Source of the DNA: a virus
Lineage: Duplodnaviria; Heunggongvirae; Uroviricota; Caudoviricetes
IMG/VR virus record: IMGVR_UViG_2778261301_000003
Location: 1-11,318 of that record
Reading direction: 5' to 3' (one strand)
DNA length: 11,318 nt
The notes below the pieces were generated by a model. The model worked only from the letters and a program-made list of their open reading frames with translations, did not search any database and was not told the origin of the DNA. The translations under genes and the position numbers were made by a program. Positions 6,738-11,318 of this stretch are shown here, in pieces (position 1 is the first letter of the stretch; each line of letters opens with the position of its first letter).

Positions 6738-7049
6738 ATGAAATTACGTGTCTGGCATATCCCGCAAGTACCTATGAAGCCGTTCATTGTAGAAGTGGCA
6801 AGTGTTGAAGAGGGTGTTCGCTTGATGGATGCACTGGCTGATTATGACGCCTTTCAGTATGACAACAACATCAAGCCTGACTACTGCAATGCTAACGGCC
6901 TTGAGATGTGGGATGAGAGCCTTACTGATGAAGATTTATCAGAGATGGAGCTTACGGATCGCTGGGTAGATTGGTACAGCGAATGCCAATGTTACGACGA
7001 CCCACGTAAATATATCGAAAGCCTGAAAGAAGAAACCTCAGCAGCCTGA
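6738..7049 (+). CDS. Hypothetical acidic protein (103 aa)
   Basis: Start chosen at ATG 6738 with GGAGG SD (track ORF starts earlier at 6684 without an SD); about 24 acidic versus about 10 basic residues; Cys pairs (CNANG, ECQC). Confidence 0.55.
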   Translation: MKLRVWHIPQVPMKPFIVEVASVEEGVRLMDALADYDAFQYDNNIKPDYCNANGLEMWDESLTDEDLSEMELTDRWVDWYSECQCYDDPRKYIESLKEETSAA

Positions 7050-7084
7050 GCGCGGATTTGACGCATACAAATTAAGGAGGATAT

Positions 7085-8053
7085 ATGAGTGAAGTAACAG
7101 ACTTAGTTGTTATTGAAAAAGCAAATGCAATGACTGTATTTCAGTCTGCAGACCAGATTGAAGAAATTCTCCAAAAGGTTGAACGTGAAGTTATGTCCTT
7201 TGTGCCTGATATCACAACGGCAAAGGGCAGAAAGGAGATCGCTTCTCTGGCGTATAAAGTTGCGCAGACGAAAACATATCTCGATGGTCTTGGCAAAGAC
7301 CTTGTTGCTGAACTGAAGGAAATTCCAAAGCTAATTGATGCTAACCGCAAGACAGTGCGTGATCGCCTTGATGAGCTGAAAGCCAAGGCGCGCCAGCCTC
7401 TTACTGATTATGAGGAGGAGCAGGCACGGATTAAAGCCGAAGAAGAAGCTAAGGCAGCAGCCGAAGCTCTCGCAAAGCAAATTGAGTCTGACCATGAAAT
7501 AGCGATTTTGATGGATCGCGAATTTGACCGCCAAAGAGAAGAGGCAAGACTCAAAGCGGAGCAGGAAAAGCGAGAGCATGAAGAACGCTTAAAAAGAGAA
7601 GCTGAAGAGAAAGCCAGAGCTGAAGCCGAAGCAAAGGCAAAAGCCGAAATTGAAGCAGCAGCAAGGCGAGAAGCAGAAGCTAAGGCAGCAGCGGAACGTG
7701 CAGAGCGTGAACGTATTGAAGCCGAGCAACGAGCACAGCGCGAAGCAAAAGAGGCAGCAGAACGAGCTGAAAGAGAAAAGCATGCGGCAATTGAAGCAGA
7801 ACGTCGTAAAGCACAGGAGGAGGCTGAACGAATCCGGCGCGAGGCTGAAGCAAAAGAGCAAGCCAGAATAGCAGAAGAAAAAAGAATCAAGGACGAAGAA
7901 GAGCGTAGAGCAAAGGATAAAGCTCACCGGAAAGAAGTAAATAACAAAATACTGGCTGACCTTATCAAGGTTGGCGCATCAGAAGATGTTGCTAAAAATA
8001 TCATAACAGCCATCGTAAAAGGCGAAGTATTCGCAACAAAAATAACCTACTAA
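7085..8053 (+). CDS. Hypothetical protein (322 aa) with a long Ala/Glu/Lys/Arg-rich helical repeat region
   Basis: Strong SD AAGGAGG; N-terminal domain of about 115 aa, a central low-complexity A/E/K/R-rich segment of roughly 170 aa (TolA domain II-like composition), and a C-terminal domain of about 40 aa. Confidence 0.7.
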   Translation: MSEVTDLVVIEKANAMTVFQSADQIEEILQKVEREVMSFVPDITTAKGRKEIASLAYKVAQTKTYLDGLGKDLVAELKEIPKLIDANRKTVRDRLDELKAKARQPLTDYEEEQARIKAEEEAKAAAEALAKQIESDHEIAILMDREFDRQREEARLKAEQEKREHEERLKREAEEKARAEAEAKAKAEIEAAARREAEAKAAAERAERERIEAEQRAQREAKEAAERAEREKHAAIEAERRKAQEEAERIRREAEAKEQARIAEEKRIKDEEERRAKDKAHRKEVNNKILADLIKVGASEDVAKNIITAIVKGEVFATKITY

Positions 8054-8077
8054 TAAAACCAACATAAGGAACCACCC

Positions 8078-8224
8078 ATGATTTACGCAATCGCGGGAGG
8101 CGCTCGCATGGGTGCCTTCCAATTAAATGAATCTTTACTTGAACGAATCACCCGTAAATTACGTGACGGATGGAAACGCCTTATCGACATACTTAATCAG
8201 CCAGGAGTTCCCAAAAATGGATAA
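8078..8224 (+). CDS. cIII: cIII protein (48 aa), anti-FtsH regulator of cII stability
   Basis: Translation MIYAIAGGARMGAFQLNESLLERITRKLRDGWKRLIDILNQPGVPKNG matches the lambda cIII core (ESLLERITRKLRDGWKRLIDILNQPGVPKNG) from memory; AAGGA SD. Below the 60-aa ORF-track cutoff, so found by hand. Confidence 0.85.
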   Translation: MIYAIAGGARMGAFQLNESLLERITRKLRDGWKRLIDILNQPGVPKNG

Positions 8225-8330
8225 AACACTTATGGCTATCCAGACTAAATTCACTATCGCCACTTTTATTGGCGATGAAAAGATGTTTCGTGAGGCCGTC
8301 GAAGCCTACAGGAAATGGAGGTCAAAATGA
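8217..8330 (+). CDS. kil: Kil-like small protein (37 aa)
   Basis: Starts inside the cIII stop region with AGGAG SD; MDKTLMAIQTKFTIATFIGDEKMFREAVEAY resembles lambda Kil as I recall it, and the position right after cIII is correct. Confidence 0.5.
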   Translation: MDKTLMAIQTKFTIATFIGDEKMFREAVEAYRKWRSK

Positions 8331-8515
8331 TTCCGGTAGAACTGGCGAAAACTCCAGAGTTAAGTCGATTAAAAAGAGAATATCACATTGCTGAGGCTCG
8401 TTACTGGCGTAAAGCGGGAGATAAATCAAAGAAACAACTTTGTTTATGGCAGGCACAAAGAGAGCGCATGAATGAGCGCGAGTTTCTTTCCCCCCCATCC
8501 AAATTACCATTCTGA
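8327..8515 (+). CDS. Hypothetical small basic protein (62 aa)
   Basis: ATG 8327 with GGAGG 5 nt upstream, overlapping the kil stop (ATGA); the track's upstream start at 8315 lacks SD spacing. Confidence 0.45.
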   Translation: MIPVELAKTPELSRLKREYHIAEARYWRKAGDKSKKQLCLWQAQRERMNEREFLSPPSKLPF

Positions 8516-8523
8516 GGCAAATT

Positions 8524-9204
8524 ATGGGAACTGCGACATTAATACTCGGTGAGTCTGGCACCGGAAAATCAACCAGCATGAGAAATATCAATCCAGAGGA
8601 AGCAATACTTATAAAACCAATAGGCAAGCCGCTTCCATTTAAATCAAAAGACTGGCTGGCATGGGATGCCAGAGCAAAAAAAGGAACCGTAGTTACCACT
8701 GACAAATGGGACGTAATAGTTGCCGTAATTAAGCGTGCTCACGAATACGGGAAAAGAATCGTTATTGTTGATGACTTCCAGTATGTGATGAGCAATGAGT
8801 TTATGCGCCGCTCAGAAGAAAAATCGTTTGATAAATTTACTGAGATAGGCCGCCACGCATGGGAGGTGATTAAGGCTGCACAGGATGCACCTGATGACCT
8901 GAGAGTCTATTTTCTTGCGCACACCGAAGAAACCCCTATGGGGCGCGTGAAAATGAAAACTATCGGCAAAATGCTGGACGAGAAAATCACTGTCGAAGGC
9001 ATGTTTACTATAGTTCTTCGCACTCTTACCCGCGATGACCAGTTCTTTTTCACCACGAAAAACAACGGTGCAGACACTGTTAAATCCCCAATGGGAATGT
9101 TTGATTCCAATGAGATTGATAACGATCTCTCTTTCGTCGATGCCACTGTTTGTGATTACTACGGCATCAATAATGTTCATCAAATTAAGGAAAACGCCGC
9201 ATGA
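8524..9204 (+). CDS. Sak4-like RecA-core ATPase (AAA_24-type), phage recombination protein
   Basis: N-terminal Walker A LILGESGTGKST and Walker B-like IVIVDD, about 226 aa; located where lambda has the Red genes and followed by an SSB-like gene. Confidence 0.6.
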   Translation: MGTATLILGESGTGKSTSMRNINPEEAILIKPIGKPLPFKSKDWLAWDARAKKGTVVTTDKWDVIVAVIKRAHEYGKRIVIVDDFQYVMSNEFMRRSEEKSFDKFTEIGRHAWEVIKAAQDAPDDLRVYFLAHTEETPMGRVKMKTIGKMLDEKITVEGMFTIVLRTLTRDDQFFFTTKNNGADTVKSPMGMFDSNEIDNDLSFVDATVCDYYGINNVHQIKENAA

Positions 9205-9788
9205 GCAACGTGATTTTTACTTATAACGAAGAAGCAGCACTGACCGCAGGGCAAGGTGGTTTTATTAACGAAACTGGCGCTCATATCATTACCATTACTG
9301 AAGCAGAACTAAAGCAATCAGAAAAAGGAGCCAAATTTATTGAGTTTTCTGGCGAATCCGACGACGGACGTAAAATCCAATATCTTAGCGTCTGTGTTCA
9401 GAAAAATGACGGAACGGAAAACAAATTTGGCGCAAATGTCGTTCACGCCATGATGGGGTGTGCCGGGATTGGACAATTAACGCAGCATATGGTTTCCGCC
9501 AGTAAATTTGTTGCTCCTGAGTTTCACGGAAAGAAAATCGGGTTAGTGCTACAGAAAGTATTAACCACAAACAAAAAGACTGGTGCAGACAGTTACCAGA
9601 TGGAAATACGCATCCCGTTTATTGCACAAACAGGCCAAACACTTAAAGAAAAGGCGGAAGGCAAGCAACCAGAAACTATCGCCAACATGGTTTCCAGCCT
9701 CAAAGATAAAGACAATCGCTCTAAAAACGTAAGCCAGAATCATGCAGATGATTATGGTTACAGCCAGAACGATTACCCTCCTTTCTGA
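9201..9788 (+). CDS. Putative ssDNA-binding protein partner of Sak4 (195 aa)
   Basis: ATGA overlap with the upstream gene; acidic C-terminal tail ending ...DDYGYSQNDYPPF, reminiscent of the acidic tails with terminal Phe in SSB and T7 gp2.5. The OB fold is not verifiable by eye. Confidence 0.4.
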   Translation: MSNVIFTYNEEAALTAGQGGFINETGAHIITITEAELKQSEKGAKFIEFSGESDDGRKIQYLSVCVQKNDGTENKFGANVVHAMMGCAGIGQLTQHMVSASKFVAPEFHGKKIGLVLQKVLTTNKKTGADSYQMEIRIPFIAQTGQTLKEKAEGKQPETIANMVSSLKDKDNRSKNVSQNHADDYGYSQNDYPPF

Positions 9789-9811
9789 TTATTGAAAATA
9801 AGGCTCCCATT

Positions 9812-10108
9812 ATGCCAGCGCCTCTGTATGGTGCGGATGACCCGCGCCGCTGTTCCGGCAATTCCGTATCGGAGGTGCTGGATAAATTCAGAAAAAACTA
9901 CGACCGGATAATGTCGCTACCGCAGGAAACGAAAGAGGAAAAGGAATTTCGCCATTGTATATGGCTTGCAGAGAAAGAAGAACGCGAGCGAATTTACCAG
10001 ACATCAATCCGACCATTCCGCAAAGCCACATATACCCACTTCCCTGAATATATCGACCCTCGCCTGCGTAATTACCGCTCACGCTATGGCGCTATCAGTA
10101 ATGACTGA
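9812..10108 (+). CDS. Hypothetical protein (98 aa)
   Basis: ATG-initiated ORF in the operon, weak AAGG SD; charged, Arg-rich, no recognisable motif. Confidence 0.45.
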   Translation: MPAPLYGADDPRRCSGNSVSEVLDKFRKNYDRIMSLPQETKEEKEFRHCIWLAEKEERERIYQTSIRPFRKATYTHFPEYIDPRLRNYRSRYGAISND

Positions 10109-10118
10109 GGAATTTACC

Positions 10119-10286
10119 ATGAGAGGACTTGCATACAATCCCGGCATTCTTCCGGCAGAAATGATTATTCGCCAACGAGTAAAGCCAATGCCATCGAGAG
10201 AGGAATTGCTTAAGAGAAATTCTTTTCCATCAGTGAATCAAAACAAATATCTGAATGCGATGTGGCGCAAAGGAGGCGACCAGTGA
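10119..10286 (+). CDS. Hypothetical small protein (55 aa)
   Basis: ATG 10119 with GAGG SD, starting 10 nt after the upstream stop; the longer track ORF from 9966 overlaps the previous gene. Confidence 0.35.
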   Translation: MRGLAYNPGILPAEMIIRQRVKPMPSREELLKRNSFPSVNQNKYLNAMWRKGGDQ

Positions 10287-11026
10287 GCAAAATTAACTAT
10301 CAGGCACTGCGTGAAGCGGCAGAGAAAGCCGGTGAAGATAAGTGGCAGGCTAAAAAAATAAATGGTGATTTTTTCGTTATTCGTCACGGTAGTTATACAA
10401 GACAGCATGGCTACACATCGTATCAACCCATTGCGGAGATTGATTGTAAGCCAGTCCGGGATTTTGTTGCCAAGGCTAATCCGGCTACCGTGCTGGCACT
10501 GCTGGATGAGAACGAAAGCATGTGCCGCGACCTCATTGCTCGCAATGGTGAGATTGAAGGGCTTCGAAAACTGGTTGCTGAACTTGAGGAGACAAAATCA
10601 AAACTCAACGAGCAGCGTGAATATTACGAAGGTGTTATCTCGGATGGAAGTAAGCGTATTGCTGAACTGGAGAAAAGCGAAGAGCAACTCATCAATGAGC
10701 GTGACCATGCTGAGTCTGCTTTAGCTGATATGTATTTTGCAGCAACCGGGGATAGGCCGGAGTGGAGTAACTGGTTCGGCTTTTCAGATGCCGTCGATAC
10801 CGTGGTTGACAGAATTGCTGATTTAGAAGCTAAACAGCCATCGCCAGCAGTACTGGAAGGACTGGTTAAAGCAGTGCGCTTCTATGAACAGGTAAAGTGT
10901 GAGAATCCGCCAGCTGAAACCGGAGCATGGAAGGACGCTGTTGACTGGGTGCTTAAAGAGGCTTGTCAGGCTGTAAATATTGGCACCAAAGGAGACGCAG
11001 GAGAGCAAAGCGATGAAAAACCGTAA
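10283..11026 (+). CDS. Ead/Ea22-like early-region protein (about 247 aa)
   Basis: GTG start at 10283 with AGGAGG SD 6 nt upstream, overlapping the previous stop. N-terminus [16 protein letters not shown]... and a central coiled coil resemble lambdoid Ea22-family proteins as I recall them. Confidence 0.5.
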   Translation: MSKINYQALREAAEKAGEDKWQAKKINGDFFVIRHGSYTRQHGYTSYQPIAEIDCKPVRDFVAKANPATVLALLDENESMCRDLIARNGEIEGLRKLVAELEETKSKLNEQREYYEGVISDGSKRIAELEKSEEQLINERDHAESALADMYFAATGDRPEWSNWFGFSDAVDTVVDRIADLEAKQPSPAVLEGLVKAVRFYEQVKCENPPAETGAWKDAVDWVLKEACQAVNIGTKGDAGEQSDEKP

Positions 11027-11201
11027 AGCAAAGATTCTGTTAGCTCGCAGAAACGGTGTTGGGGTCTGGCGATGGTTGAGGATTAGCAACAGACGAGTGA
11101 GGTTGACGGGGTGTTGCGGGGTGATGGGGCACAGTTGTTGCAAAAAGCCCAGTGCGGCGCAAAACCGCTGGAAAAACCACTTGCGCACTAAAGGAGAGTG
11201 A
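11013..11201 (+). CDS. Possible small basic Cys-rich protein (62 aa)
   Basis: ATG 11013 with AGGAG SD, overlapping the previous stop; R/K-rich with CC-x5-CC; the coding region is G-rich. Could be non-coding. Confidence 0.3.
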   Translation: MKNRKAKILLARRNGVGVWRWLRISNRRVRLTGCCGVMGHSCCKKPSAAQNRWKNHLRTKGE

Positions 11202-11202
11202 T

Positions 11203-11318
11203 ATGGCGTTAACACACCGAGAACTCTGTCAGATTGCGTATAAGTTCCTTAAGCGCAACGGGTTCAAGGTTTGTTTTCATGACCGCTTTATAGCTGTAAC
11301 CAGTACCGGAGAACAGCC
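11203..11318 (+). CDS. Hypothetical protein, 5' portion only (continues past window end)
   Basis: ATG 11203 with AAAGGAGAG SD; open to the window edge (MALTHRELCQIAYKFLKRNGFKVCFHDRFIAVTSTGEQ...). Confidence 0.4.
   Translation, partial: MALTHRELCQIAYKFLKRNGFKVCFHDRFIAVTSTGEQ

Noticed and set aside
7408-7927. Minus-strand ORFs of 160 aa and 112 aa (Ala/Ser/Cys/Phe-rich) antisense to the 322-aa gene
   Set aside because: They are low-complexity artefacts of the GAA/GCA-rich repeat DNA on the coding strand, with implausible composition and no start context.
8127-8330. Track ORF of 67 aa starting at ATG 8127
   Set aside because: The start lies inside cIII and has no SD; it is better explained as the kil-like gene starting at 8217 with an AGGAG SD.
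8322-9183. Several minus-strand ORFs (127, 123 and 79 aa) antisense to the Sak4-like gene
   Set aside because: The plus-strand gene has Walker motifs and operon context; the antisense ORFs have none.
9966-10286. Track ORF of 106 aa
   Set aside because: Its 5' half overlaps the preceding 98-aa gene out of frame; the shorter CDS from ATG 10119 with a GAGG SD is preferred.

Overview
This window is the early-regulatory core of a lambdoid temperate phage or prophage (Enterobacteriaceae type), lying in reverse orientation relative to the canonical lambda map. Minus strand, left to right: a partial nin-side ORF, a 60-aa ORF, a tR2-like terminator, ren-like, a DnaC-like helicase loader in the slot lambda gives to P, replication initiator O with embedded ori iterons, a cII-family activator with antisense oop RNA, nutR and cro. 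The OR operator cluster (3098-3161) is followed on the plus strand by cI, a two-gene cassette of unknown function exactly where lambda carries rexA-rexB, an intrinsic terminator, OL/pL, P22-type nutL and N, then a pL-driven operon of small non-lambda ORFs (zinc-finger protein, 2-TM membrane protein, two acidic proteins, a 322-aa coiled-coil protein), cIII, kil-like, a Sak4-like ATPase with an SSB-like partner, and Ea22-like/hypothetical genes. The best candidate for an undescribed system is the cI-linked pair at 3893-4688 (soluble 145-aa protein plus tail-anchored coiled-coil membrane protein), plausibly a lysogen-expressed exclusion or abortive-infection module analogous in position and logic to RexAB. 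All homology statements come from recalled reference phage sequences and motif reading, not from a database search; coordinates of starts were refined by hand from the ORF track, which includes non-ATG starts.
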